Origin: an uncultured bacterium | GTDB taxonomy: Bacteria > Chloroflexota > UBA5177 > JANWHV01 | Reading direction: 5' to 3' | Assembly (NCBI GenBank): GCA_963729625.1 | Contig: CAVSOU010000008.1 | Location: 704,001-768,000 of the forward strand | DNA length: 64,000 nt | Shown here: piece by piece, positions 30,173 to 39,580 of the stretch | Position numbering within the stretch: the stretch's first letter is position 1 | Layout: each line of letters begins with the position of its first letter | Notes under the pieces: generated by a model | The model's input: the letters and a program-made list of their open reading frames with translations, nothing else | Told to the model about the DNA's origin: nothing | Database searches by the model: none | Position numbers and translations under genes: made by a program

Positions 30173-32767
30173 TTACTCGTAACGCAGCACGATGAGGGGT
30201 TTTTCGCGGGATGCCGGGAGCGCCGAGATAACGCTGGCGGCGAGCGCCAATACGACGGCCAGCGCTACAAGGCCACCGATCACCGCTGGATCGATGACCG
30301 ACGGGATGTCCAGAACGAGATTGTCCAGCAGGACGGAGGCGATCACAGCCATGATCATGCCCATAGCCCCGCCCATGAAGCCCACGATCCCGCTTTCCAG
30401 CAGTAGCAGCCGCAGCACCGTGCCGCCCTTTGCCCCAAGAGCCTTCATCACGCCGATCTCGCGACGGCGCTCGAGAACTGCCAGCGCGACAGTATTGGCA
30501 ATGATCACCCCGCCGGCAAATAGTGAGAGGGCGGCCAGCAGCACGGGGAAGACCGTGGCCCGTTGCAGAATCTGGTCGACAACCGGGATAAGCGAGTTGA
30601 TGTCGAAGGCATAGTCCTGCTGCAAGTCGCGGTCGATAGCGGAGGCAGCCGCACTGTCCATCCCCGTCCGATATTGCACATAGAGAACGCTCCCGGCAGC
30701 CGGGGCGTCGTTGGCGTAGCGGCGCAAGTACGAGGCGGATGCCAGAATGCCGCCGCCGAAGCTTGGCGTGAGGCTGGTTGGATCGATGATGCCGACGACG
30801 CGCAAGTCGATCAGATGTCCGCCGAGATCGGTGTAGCCAAGCGTGCTTCCCGGCCGCAACCCCAACGGGTCGGCGAAATCCTGTGGTATGACGACGTTGT
30901 TCGTGCCTTCGTCCGCGGCCGTGAGCACCCTTCCGCCGGGGAGCACTTTCAGATTCAGCAGGGCCACGCGAAGGTCACGCCCGGCCAGTGTTTCAGACAG
31001 GTGGAGGCGCTCGCCGGACGCCCTGGCCGCGCCGCGCTCGAGGATGGGAGCAGCAGACGTGCCGTCTATGGTGGTGAGGCGCAGGCCGCCGACAAGCAGG
31101 CCGCGCTCGACCTTCTCAAATCCGGGCTGCCGTCGCACTTCAGCCAGCATGGACTGTTCCTGGCTGACGGGACCGAATGCCGCGACGTTGAATCCCCAAT
31201 CCTTCTCGAACAGGCCCTGGAACTCCGCGCGCACGTTCTGTGAGAGGACGACGACCGTTCCCACCGCCAGCACGCCGATGCAGAGCGCGACCATGGTAGA
31301 GGCGACACGGCGCTTCTGGCGCGTTAGGTTGCGAAGCGCGATGTTGAGCCCCAACAGCCCGAAGCTGGGCCCTCGGCTGGCAACCGAAACGACCAGCAAG
31401 AAGAACCCGCTGAAGATCAGGAAGCCAAGCACGACACCGTAGGCCAGGGCGATGCCGAGCCGCATATTGTGGAGTACGATTCCCGCCGCGATTCCCATAC
31501 TGCTCGTCAAGAGAAACGAGACGGCGCCGGTGAGGGCCCAGCCGATGCGCGGAAGGGGCGCGTCTTCATCGCGCAGCACGCCCATTGGCCGGGTTCTGCC
31601 TGCTCGCAGGACAGGAAGAAAGCCGAACACCGCCGTGGCGATCACTCCAAGCGCGCTGCCAACAAGCAACGGGTCGAGCCGGAGACTCCAGGACACTTGA
31701 GCGCCGAGCTGCACCGCGATCTCGGTCGCCACCACGCTCAATCCGATGCCGGCAATGATGCCCAGCGCGCTCCCGGCAACGCCCAGCAGCACCGCTTCCA
31801 GCAGGAAGAGCGGGATGACCTGGTAGCTCTTCATGCCAAGGGCTTTCAGCACCGCAATCTCTTTGGTGCGACGGCCCACCGAAACAAGCATGGTATTGGC
31901 GATGCCGATCCCGCCAATAAGCAGGGCGAGGAGGCCGCAGGCGAGCAGCAGTTGCTGCAGCCGCTCGGTGTTTGTCGCCTCCTGCTTGGCCACGTCGGCG
32001 GCGGTCGTGTAGCGGTAGAGGGGGCCAAGAGCGCTCTTCAGGGCGGCGAGCGCGGGACCCGTGTGTGCATCGTCGGCGGTGCGCACGTAGAGTCTGCTGG
32101 CAATAGTGCCCTGCGCTCCACTGCTAAGGCTTGCCTCGGCGCTCCACAATCCCTGCAAGGACTGGTACAGCGTGCCGCCGATGCCGAAGTCGCCCTGAAA
32201 CAGGCCGGCTGGATTCACGACGCCGCGAATTGTCACCCGCTCTGGCACGGGCGTGGCGAGATCGACCTGGTCGCCGACCCGCAGATGAAGGCGGGCGAAG
32301 ACATCGGACGTAATGACCGCGTCGGTCGGCGCTTCGAGCAACGAGGTCACAGGCGTCGCCGGTGTGACGGAGTCAAACGTACCGTACAGCGGATAGTTGC
32401 GGGTCTGAATGCCACGCACCGAGATCAGCGTCGTGCGATCTCCGGCCGTGGCCTTCACGCCGAGACCGTTTCGCTGGGCGTTCAGGGTCATCGTATAGTC
32501 GGCAATCACGCCACGCTTCTTCAGCGCCTCGACGCTGGCAATATCGGCCCGCTGAAACGGATTTGAGATTGGATCGATGGAGATATCACCGCCGTTCGCC
32601 TGTTTAGGCGCCTTGTTGACTGAGGCGCTGATGTTCAGGGCCAGCAGCTGCATGCCGACGACGGCGGCGACGCCCACGGCCACGCAGAACGCGGCGAATA
32701 CCGAGCGCCGTCCTCCCCGTTTGAGGTTTCGCCATGCGTACGCGAAGGCCAGAGCGCCGTCAAGCAT
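30173..32767 (-). CDS. ABC transporter permease with two FtsX-like domains
   Basis: AWRNLKR; IANTMLVSVGRRTKEIAVLKALG; ERRREIGVMKALGA. Confidence 0.92.
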   Translation of the reverse strand: MLDGALAFAYAWRNLKRGGRRSVFAAFCVAVGVAAVVGMQLLALNISASVNKAPKQANGGDISIDPISNPFQRADIASVEALKKRGVIADYTMTLNAQRNGLGVKATAGDRTTLISVRGIQTRNYPLYGTFDSVTPATPVTSLLEAPTDAVITSDVFARLHLRVGDQVDLATPVPERVTIRGVVNPAGLFQGDFGIGGTLYQSLQGLWSAEASLSSGAQGTIASRLYVRTADDAHTGPALAALKSALGPLYRYTTAADVAKQEATNTERLQQLLLACGLLALLIGGIGIANTMLVSVGRRTKEIAVLKALGMKSYQVIPLFLLEAVLLGVAGSALGIIAGIGLSVVATEIAVQLGAQVSWSLRLDPLLVGSALGVIATAVFGFLPVLRAGRTRPMGVLRDEDAPLPRIGWALTGAVSFLLTSSMGIAAGIVLHNMRLGIALAYGVVLGFLIFSGFFLLVVSVASRGPSFGLLGLNIALRNLTRQKRRVASTMVALCIGVLAVGTVVVLSQNVRAEFQGLFEKDWGFNVAAFGPVSQEQSMLAEVRRQPGFEKVERGLLVGGLRLTTIDGTSAAPILERGAARASGERLHLSETLAGRDLRVALLNLKVLPGGRVLTAADEGTNNVVIPQDFADPLGLRPGSTLGYTDLGGHLIDLRVVGIIDPTSLTPSFGGGILASASYLRRYANDAPAAGSVLYVQYRTGMDSAAASAIDRDLQQDYAFDINSLIPVVDQILQRATVFPVLLAALSLFAGGVIIANTVALAVLERRREIGVMKALGAKGGTVLRLLLLESGIVGFMGGAMGMIMAVIASVLLDNLVLDIPSVIDPAVIGGLVALAVVLALAASVISALPASREKPLIVLRYE

Positions 32768-32795
32768 GCGTCGAGCTATCGAAACCGGCCGCGCA

Positions 32796-33527
32796 TCAGC
32801 CCGCCGCCACCGGGGCCAGCGCCTCCAGGCGCCTGGCCCATTCCGCGCCCGCGCTCTCCACCACCAGGCCATCGCGCAGGTGGATGATGCGATCGGTGCG
32901 CACGGCGATGGCGGGATCATGAGTGACAATCACGATCGTCTTGCCAAGCTGGGAGCGGAGACCGAGCAACTGTTCGATCACTCGCTCACCATTGGCGGAG
33001 TCAAGATTCCCTGTCGGCTCGTCCGCCAGAATAATCGCCGGATCGTTTGCCAGGGCGCGGGCGATGGCTACGCGCTGCTGCTCGCCCCCAGACAGTTGCG
33101 TCGGCTTGTGGCTCATCCGGTCGGACAGCCCAACGGCTTCGAGCGCCTCAGCGGCCCTTCGGATGGGATCGCGTCCTCGGCCAAACTGCACGGGAAGCGC
33201 CACGTTTTCCAGAGCGGTGAGCGTGGGAATGAGGTTGAAGGATTGAAACACGAAGCCGATCTGGCGGTTTCGGATGCCTGCGAGCTTATTCTCGGAGAGG
33301 CGCGTGATATCTATACCGTTGACGACGATGCGGCCCGACGAGACTGTATCCAGACCGCCGATCAAGCCGAGGAGCGTCGTCTTTCCGCTACCACTGGGGC
33401 CGACGACTGCGACCACCTCGCCCCGCGCGACGGAGATGCTCACGCCTCGAAGAGCGTGCACCGCGCTCTGTCCAAGCGGAATGTCCTTGGTGATGTCGGT
33501 GATTTCAATGGCCAGAAGGTGTTCCAT
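32796..33527 (-). CDS. ABC transporter ATP-binding protein (LolD/MacB type)
   Basis: GPSGSGKT, GFVFQSFNL, LSGGEQQRVAIARAL, ADEPTGNLD. Confidence 0.96.
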   Translation of the reverse strand: MEHLLAIEITDITKDIPLGQSAVHALRGVSISVARGEVVAVVGPSGSGKTTLLGLIGGLDTVSSGRIVVNGIDITRLSENKLAGIRNRQIGFVFQSFNLIPTLTALENVALPVQFGRGRDPIRRAAEALEAVGLSDRMSHKPTQLSGGEQQRVAIARALANDPAIILADEPTGNLDSANGERVIEQLLGLRSQLGKTIVIVTHDPAIAVRTDRIIHLRDGLVVESAGAEWARRLEALAPVAAG

Positions 33528-33576
33528 GACTTCTCAAAAGGTACCCGCGTGCGCGGCTTCCGCACAAATGATGTCC

Positions 33577-34005
33577 TCAGGCGACGTACGATTCCGCCAG
33601 CGAATTGTTCTCGGCGGTCTGCACGCCCGCCACGACCCGCGGCATTCTTGGGAGGAACAGGGTAGCCAGGCCACCGAAGGTCAGTACCCCCGCTCCTATG
33701 AGCAAGACGGTGCGGAAGCCAGCGACGAAATTGCCGGGCAGTACGACGCTGTGCTGGAAGACCGCGCCGAGGATCGCGACGCCAAACACGCCCGCCCAGC
33801 GCGCGAATCGTGCTGTTTGTGCCCGAAGCCTGCCCCTGCTTACTCTCGTCCGCACTGGCCATTGCGGTGTTCGAGAGCGGCGCAAAGCACCGACCCATGC
33901 CGAAGCCGCCGAGCACGAATGCCGGCAACAGCGAGGTGCAGGCGACAGTGCTGCTCGCTGCCAACGCTATCCAGGCCAGCGGGATCGCCTGGCACGTCAG
34001 ACCGG
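33577..34005 (-). pseudogene. Frameshifted C-terminal relic of a DHA2-type MFS transporter
   Basis: GFGMG..FAPLSNTAMASADESKQGQASGTNSTIRALGG in one frame continues as VFGVAILGAVF...GFRTVLLIGAGVL in another; N-terminal part missing. Confidence 0.7.
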
Positions 34006-34058
34006 AAAACACGAAATCCGCCATCGATGTGTCACGTCCGTGCCCTCCAACTTATGCT

Positions 34059-34097
34059 TGAGCTAGCTCATTCCAGCGTAGTAGTGAGTAGTCACTA
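34059..34097. promoter_or_regulatory. Two palindromes, candidate repressor operators
   Basis: TGAGCTAGCTCA (34059-34070) and TAGTGA-GTAG-TCACTA (34082-34097) in an AT-richer intergenic patch. Confidence 0.5.
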
Positions 34098-34264
34098 ATC
34101 TACGGCTTCAGCATAGGGCGCCCACAACGTCGCGTCAGCGGACCGATTGGTAAACGCATCACACTGCGCATCGTGCTAGCCAGTTGGTGGGCCACGATGT
34201 ACGCTGGAATAGCGTCGATCAGCTCCGTACGCCGATACGGCTACCGCGAAGAGGAAGAACCCCA

Positions 34265-35155
34265 ATGGCTACTCCCGCTACGTCTGCTACATCCTGCGCC
34301 GTCTGCGGCGAACCCCGTATAGCGGGGGCGAAGTTCTGTAGCCTGTGCGGCGCTACGTTCCCAGCCGTGCCGAGCGGCGCCTCGCGTGCAGGAGCCGCTC
34401 GCCGGGCCGGTCGACCCACCGATCTCCTGTATGTGGCCGCCGCCGCTGTGATTGCGGTAGCGCTGTCGCACCTCCCGATCGTGGACGTGGCGATATACCC
34501 GTTCAAGCTCTTCGGCACGTTTGTCCATGAATGGTGCCATGCACTTGTGGCTATCGCGACCGGCGGAAATGTGACACGTCTTGAGATCAATGCGAATCTC
34601 AGCGGTGAGACGTTCACCTCCGGCGGCTGGCTGTTGCCGATCTTCAGCGCGGGCTATGTTGGCACCGCCGTCGTCGGTGCGGTGCTGCTGCTCATTCCGA
34701 CACGATTTTCAAACCACGTCCTTGTCGGCGTGGGCGGGCTCTCGGTGTTGATGCCGCTGGCGGGCTTTGCCGCGTTCGGTACCAGCTTCACAAGCTTGAC
34801 ATGGCTCTGGACAGTGATTTTCGGCGGAGTGACGCTGTGCGCAGGCCTGCGCGGCCCCGCGCGCCTCGCCGGCCTGTTCAAGCAGTTCATCGCCGTGGAA
34901 TTGTGTTTGACCGCGATCGACTCGTTGCGCGATCTCGCCTGGATCACCGAGAACTCTGGCCACGCACAGGTCGACACGGCAAAGGGAGTCTGCTACTACA
35001 GTCAGTCGGCCGGGGTCGGAGGCGGGACCGACGCCTTGAATGCCCAGTGCTACTTCGCCCTTCCGGCCATGTTCTGGACCATCGTCTGGTTCATTCTTGC
35101 CGTGGCCGTTATCGGCTTCGCGGCATACCGGGTCGTGCGACGATCGGTTGCCTAG
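34265..35155 (+). CDS. M50B-family intramembrane metallopeptidase with N-terminal zinc ribbon
   Basis: CxxC-x10-CxxC; FVHEWCHALVA (HExxH); SAGYVG; TDA; multiple TMs. Confidence 0.88.
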   Translation: MATPATSATSCAVCGEPRIAGAKFCSLCGATFPAVPSGASRAGAARRAGRPTDLLYVAAAAVIAVALSHLPIVDVAIYPFKLFGTFVHEWCHALVAIATGGNVTRLEINANLSGETFTSGGWLLPIFSAGYVGTAVVGAVLLLIPTRFSNHVLVGVGGLSVLMPLAGFAAFGTSFTSLTWLWTVIFGGVTLCAGLRGPARLAGLFKQFIAVELCLTAIDSLRDLAWITENSGHAQVDTAKGVCYYSQSAGVGGGTDALNAQCYFALPAMFWTIVWFILAVAVIGFAAYRVVRRSVA

Positions 35156-35332
35156 GCGCGGCGCGTCCGCCCGTGCCTCCTCGAAGGATGCTCAATCCAC
35201 CGCACTGGCCCGGCAAACATGGGAGTCAAGCAGCGTTGAGGCGATGGCGGGCAGCGCGGGTGCCTCCATTGCACACGTTGTCGCGCAATTTGAAGGACGT
35301 CTAGCGCACGTGCCTTGGAGCGTGTTCGGTCT

Positions 35333-35788
35333 ATGATCGAGGATGATCTGCTTGCGCCACCGGGGTCAGCCCTGCGCGACCCCGGCTATCACGATCTGTG
35401 CACGTTCTTTTCTACCTTTCCCCCCGCACGCGATTGGCGGCCGCGCTTCGGCGATTGGGTTGTCATTCCTCCATCTGCCGAACCGCTTCTGGCTTTGTCC
35501 TTCGCGCCTGCAACGGCCACCGTCATGCTGGCCGATCCTGCCGGTGGCGCTCCACGCGAGGAAGAATGTGCCGGCTGCGTGTGGCTGCCGACGCTGGACC
35601 AGCTACGCGTTCTGCTGTGCCAGGAGTTTGGCACCAGCGGCTTCTTCACCTCGGCGTACAATGATGCGACATACTGGTTTACGGGCCAGTTGCTCGGTAT
35701 GACAATCACCAACCTGCAGCCACTTGCCGAGGGGAGCAGTCCCGAAGAAGCTGCTGTCAAAGCACTGTTGATGCGCTATCAACGGTAG
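35333..35788 (+). CDS. Hypothetical protein
   Basis: GGAG RBS; motifs WRPRFGDW, CVWLPTLDQL, SPEEAAVKAL; no confident family. Confidence 0.7.
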   Translation: MIEDDLLAPPGSALRDPGYHDLCTFFSTFPPARDWRPRFGDWVVIPPSAEPLLALSFAPATATVMLADPAGGAPREEECAGCVWLPTLDQLRVLLCQEFGTSGFFTSAYNDATYWFTGQLLGMTITNLQPLAEGSSPEEAAVKALLMRYQR

Positions 35789-35802
35789 AAAGGGACGCGG
35801 GC

Positions 35803-36615
35803 GTGCGCCGTGGCCCGGTAAAGCCATTTCCGTATTTTCATGCCGGCACTGGTGGCCTGCCGGCCAACGTGTTGCCGCCGCGCGTCGACACTATTCCGGT
35901 AGCGCGTATCAAGGGGAGCGTCGACAAGGCAGGTCAACTGACGCCACGCTTCCTGCCCAGGCGTGAGAAGGCTCGATCCGCGCGCTTCCGTTCAATAGCC
36001 CAAGCGATGGCCCGAGGCGTGGAGATGCCGCCAATCGAGGTGTACTACCTCAACCGCGAGTACTACGTGATCGACGGGCACCACCGCGTTGCCGCGGCTA
36101 TCGCCAACGACGTGAAGTACATCGACGCCCTCGTACAAGAATGTATTGTGCCCGAGCGGAGACCGAAAGACCGTCTCGCCAATGTGCGCATACGCTTCGA
36201 GCGGCGCACGGGGCTCAACCGCATCGATTTCACCAATGTAGAGTCGTATGACCGCTTGCTGGCGGAGCTCCTCGCGTACCGAGAGTGCGTGCGCGAAAAC
36301 GATCCAGGTGCTACGTTGCGCCAGGCGGCAAGACAATGGTACCGCGAGGTATTTGTCCCCATTGCCGAACCTCTCGATATGCGCGCGCTGACCCTGGCGT
36401 TTCCCGGCCGCACGGTCAGCGACTTGTACTTCGCGGCAAAGGACCACCAAGCCTACCTCGAGCAGGCAACAGGTCATCCGGTCACTCCCGCGGAGGCCGT
36501 CGCGGATCTTCAGCGTCTGCATCCGCGGCCGCTTACTGCCCGCGTGTTCCGCCCGCTTCACCGTCGAGCGCGCCGGGCAATCTGGCGCGTCACCGGAGGC
36601 CCCCCCGCCCTATGA
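35803..36615 (+). CDS. ParB/Sulfiredoxin-like N-terminal domain plus DUF4032-like C-terminal domain
   Basis: IPVARIKGSV...FLP...MPPIEVY...YYVIDGHHRVAAA; C-terminal AARQWYREVFVPI...FPGRTVSDLYF. Confidence 0.8.
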   Translation: MRRGPVKPFPYFHAGTGGLPANVLPPRVDTIPVARIKGSVDKAGQLTPRFLPRREKARSARFRSIAQAMARGVEMPPIEVYYLNREYYVIDGHHRVAAAIANDVKYIDALVQECIVPERRPKDRLANVRIRFERRTGLNRIDFTNVESYDRLLAELLAYRECVRENDPGATLRQAARQWYREVFVPIAEPLDMRALTLAFPGRTVSDLYFAAKDHQAYLEQATGHPVTPAEAVADLQRLHPRPLTARVFRPLHRRARRAIWRVTGGPPAL

Positions 36616-37340
36616 AGATCCTGTTTGTCTCGGATCACGAGGAGCGCCAACTTTACGAGCACTTCGATCCCGAACGATGGGTGGGCAACGTCGATCTGGC
36701 AGTCTCGTGTGGCGATCTGCGAGCCGACTATCTGTCTTACCTGGTGACGGTCTTGCGCGTCCGCCTGTTGTACGTAGCAGGCAATCACGACGCCCGTTTC
36801 CATGCCCAGCCGCCGGATGGCTGCGATGACATCGACGGGAAGCTCGTGCGTATCGGCAACCTCAGAATCGGCGGCCTTGCCGGCTCACCTCGCTACAACG
36901 GCGGCCCCGACCAATTTCAGTACACAAGCTGGGAGATGCGGAAGAAAGTCTGGCGGCTCTCGCGCTCAATCATGCGCCGGGGAGGGGTGGACCTTATCGT
37001 CTCGCACGCGGCTCCGCATCGGTGCCCACTGGTTACGCGCCAGTGCCTTGCTCCGGCAGGCGCCGGTTTTCCCTGCACTAAGCCCGATCTCGCCGGGCAT
37101 CCTCTTACGTGCCCCGAGTCGACGGATCCGTGCCACCTGGGTGTGGCGGCCTACGATGCCGCAGTGCTGCGCTGGCATCCGCGTTGGTGGGTGCACGGAC
37201 ACAATCACCTCGAGTACGGGCAGGTCCCGCGCCTGTGGTGGATCGGCGACAGCCAGGTCATCAACGCCGACGGCCACATCGTGCTGGATACGGACATGCT
37301 CGCAGACAAAGAGCGCGGCTCGCTCGTACGCGGTCGCTAG
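36612..37340 (+). CDS. Calcineurin-like metallophosphoesterase with a Cys-rich insertion
   Basis: MKILFVSD, CGDL, AGNHD, SHAAP, HGHNH; ATGA overlap with the ParB-like gene. Confidence 0.9.
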   Translation: MKILFVSDHEERQLYEHFDPERWVGNVDLAVSCGDLRADYLSYLVTVLRVRLLYVAGNHDARFHAQPPDGCDDIDGKLVRIGNLRIGGLAGSPRYNGGPDQFQYTSWEMRKKVWRLSRSIMRRGGVDLIVSHAAPHRCPLVTRQCLAPAGAGFPCTKPDLAGHPLTCPESTDPCHLGVAAYDAAVLRWHPRWWVHGHNHLEYGQVPRLWWIGDSQVINADGHIVLDTDMLADKERGSLVRGR

Positions 37341-38056
37341 ATCTCGAGCCGGTACCCGATGCCTCGCACGGTCTTGATGTGCTGAGGATTCGCCGGCTCC
37401 TCTTCGATCTTCTCGCGCAGCCAACGGATATGCACGTCAACGGTCCGGCTATCTCCCGCATACTCGTAGCCCCAGACCTTGTCCAGCACTACTTCGCGCG
37501 ACATCACCTTGCCGGCATTGGTCAGGAGGTAGTTGAGCAGGTCGTACTCCTTGAGCGTGAGCACGATCTCGTGGCCATCCCGAAATACCTTCCTGCTGTC
37601 TCGCTCGATCACGATGCGCCCGAACTGCATGCGATCGGGAGCCTGGCTAGGCCGTATTTGCGGCATCTCCGCGCGCCGCAAATGGGCTTTGACGCGGGCG
37701 AGCAGCTCGCGCAGTCTGAACGGCTTCACCAGGTAATCGTCGGCACCCAGCTCCAGTCCGAGCACCGTGTCCACTTCCGAATCCTTCGCCGTCAGAATGA
37801 TGATGGGGACGGTGGAGTCCCGCCGCACGGCGCGACAGACTTCCAAACCGTCCATCCGCGGCAGCATGAGATCCAGGATGACCAGGTCCGGGCTACACGC
37901 GGCTGCCTGTTCCAGCGCCTCTACGCCATCGACCGCGGTAACGACTCGATAGCCCTCTTTGGTCAGGTTGTAGCTGAGCGCTTCGATCAGTGTCGGCTCG
38001 TCGTCCACAAGGAGGATCGTCTTGAACGGCAGCTTCTTGTTCGCGGCCGCGTTCAT
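37337..38056 (-). CDS. OmpR/PhoB-family response regulator; no kinase adjacent
   Basis: LVDDE, LDLMLP, GADDYLVKPF, RTVDVHIRWLREKIE, TVRGIGY. Confidence 0.96.
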   Translation of the reverse strand: MNAAANKKLPFKTILLVDDEPTLIEALSYNLTKEGYRVVTAVDGVEALEQAAACSPDLVILDLMLPRMDGLEVCRAVRRDSTVPIIILTAKDSEVDTVLGLELGADDYLVKPFRLRELLARVKAHLRRAEMPQIRPSQAPDRMQFGRIVIERDSRKVFRDGHEIVLTLKEYDLLNYLLTNAGKVMSREVVLDKVWGYEYAGDSRTVDVHIRWLREKIEEEPANPQHIKTVRGIGYRLEI

Positions 38057-38200
38057 ATGTGTCGAGCATATCCTTTGAGATGTGTGTCGGTGTTCTATCG
38101 CTGGGCAGTGTACCAGAGCCTGGTGCACGCGGTGGGCAATAACCCTGCCTGCCAACGACCTGTTTCTGGTAGCATAGCGAGACAGGGAGTGTCAGACGGG

Positions 38201-38446
38201 ATGCAGGAAACACCGAAACGACGCCACAGCCAGAGCTTTTACGACTTCCTCATGGTGCTACTCTGCAGCCAGGCCAGCTACTGGTTGCTCGCCAGCCCTC
38301 TCGTCCCGTACGCCTTCAATGAGGTACAGTTCCTCATCGCGTACACCCTGCTCACGATCGTGCTTGGCACTACCGGCGTGAAGCTCAATCATTTGGCCGC
38401 GCGGAACGTGCGCGTCTCCATCGGGATCGGACGGCGACGGCGGTGA
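38201..38446 (+). CDS. Small two-TM membrane protein
   Basis: Two hydrophobic helices and a basic tail (GRRRR); abuts the next gene. Confidence 0.55.
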   Translation: MQETPKRRHSQSFYDFLMVLLCSQASYWLLASPLVPYAFNEVQFLIAYTLLTIVLGTTGVKLNHLAARNVRVSIGIGRRRR

Positions 38447-38469
38447 TGCCTCAGGTCGGAGGTGACGAC

Positions 38470-39393
38470 GTGCCGATTACGATCGATCTTCGCTTTCTCG
38501 ATCAACCGGGCGCGATCGCTTCATACCTTCTGCCGGCGGATGAGGATGCGGCGCTCATCGACGTCGGACCGGCCAGCTCGGTGACCACGTTGCTCTCGGC
38601 TCTTGCTGAGGCGGGCATAGCGCCAGAGCAGGTTCGCCACGTGCTGATCACACATATCCACCTCGATCATGCGGGTGCCGCGGGCGTACTGATGCAGCAC
38701 ATGCCGAACGCGCGCGTCTATGTCCATGAAGTCGGTGCACCACACATGATCGATCCATCCAGACTCATCGCCAGCGCATCGCGGGTGTACGGCAGTCTCA
38801 TGAAGCGCTTGTGGGGCGAGATGCTCCCCGTGCCTGCGGACCGCATCGCGATCCTTCATGACGAGCAGATCCTCGAGCTGGCTGGGCGACGCCTTCAGGT
38901 TCTGTTTGCACCGGGCCACGCTGACCACCACGTGGTGTACCGCGATCTCGAGGACGGCAGCGTGTACGCAGGCGATGTTGCGGGCGTGCGGATGCCCGGC
39001 TGCGCGTACGTGCATCCCCCGACGCCGCCGCCTGATCTCGATCTCGAAGCCTGGGAAGCGACGATCGACCGGCTATCCTCATTGCGCCCGACAGCCTTCT
39101 ACCTCACGCATTTTGGCCGGGCAACCGGCACGCAGGAGCAACTCGATCAGCTTCGACGCAGGCTGCGTGCATGGGAACAGCTGGTGTTGGATCGTATGCG
39201 AGCAAGACAGGATCGTGCGTCCATCACCCTCGCTTTGCAGAGGGCCTCCGAGCTCGAGCTATCGCAGTTCACCACGCCCGAGACTGCTCGTCAGTACGAA
39301 ACAGCCGGCAGCTCAGCAATGAACGTGTCGGGCTTCGAACGATACCTTCGAAAACGGCATCCCGAGCTTGAGCCGCTTCCAAGCAGTGTATGA
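38470..39393 (+). CDS. MBL-fold metallo-hydrolase
   Basis: THIHLDHAG, PGHADHH, AGD, THFG; GGAGG before GTG at 38470. Confidence 0.93.
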   Translation: MPITIDLRFLDQPGAIASYLLPADEDAALIDVGPASSVTTLLSALAEAGIAPEQVRHVLITHIHLDHAGAAGVLMQHMPNARVYVHEVGAPHMIDPSRLIASASRVYGSLMKRLWGEMLPVPADRIAILHDEQILELAGRRLQVLFAPGHADHHVVYRDLEDGSVYAGDVAGVRMPGCAYVHPPTPPPDLDLEAWEATIDRLSSLRPTAFYLTHFGRATGTQEQLDQLRRRLRAWEQLVLDRMRARQDRASITLALQRASELELSQFTTPETARQYETAGSSAMNVSGFERYLRKRHPELEPLPSSV

Positions 39394-39580
39394 CTTCTCC
39401 TGTTTCGCCCGTGTCGATCTGCCTCAATCATGCACAGTGGCGTGCATTGCGGAACTCTCGCTTCGTGGACCCCAGAAAGGCAGCTCCGTCAGTGGCTGAA
39501 TCGACCGTCGCGCCGATTGTGCGAGCACGCTCGGTCCTTCGTGGGGCCTGGGCGTCGGCAGCGGAAACGGAGCGCCCGTC

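Noticed and set aside
35803-36615. Chromosome or plasmid partition locus
   Set aside because: No parA, no HTH after the ParB-like domain, and no parS-like palindrome seen.
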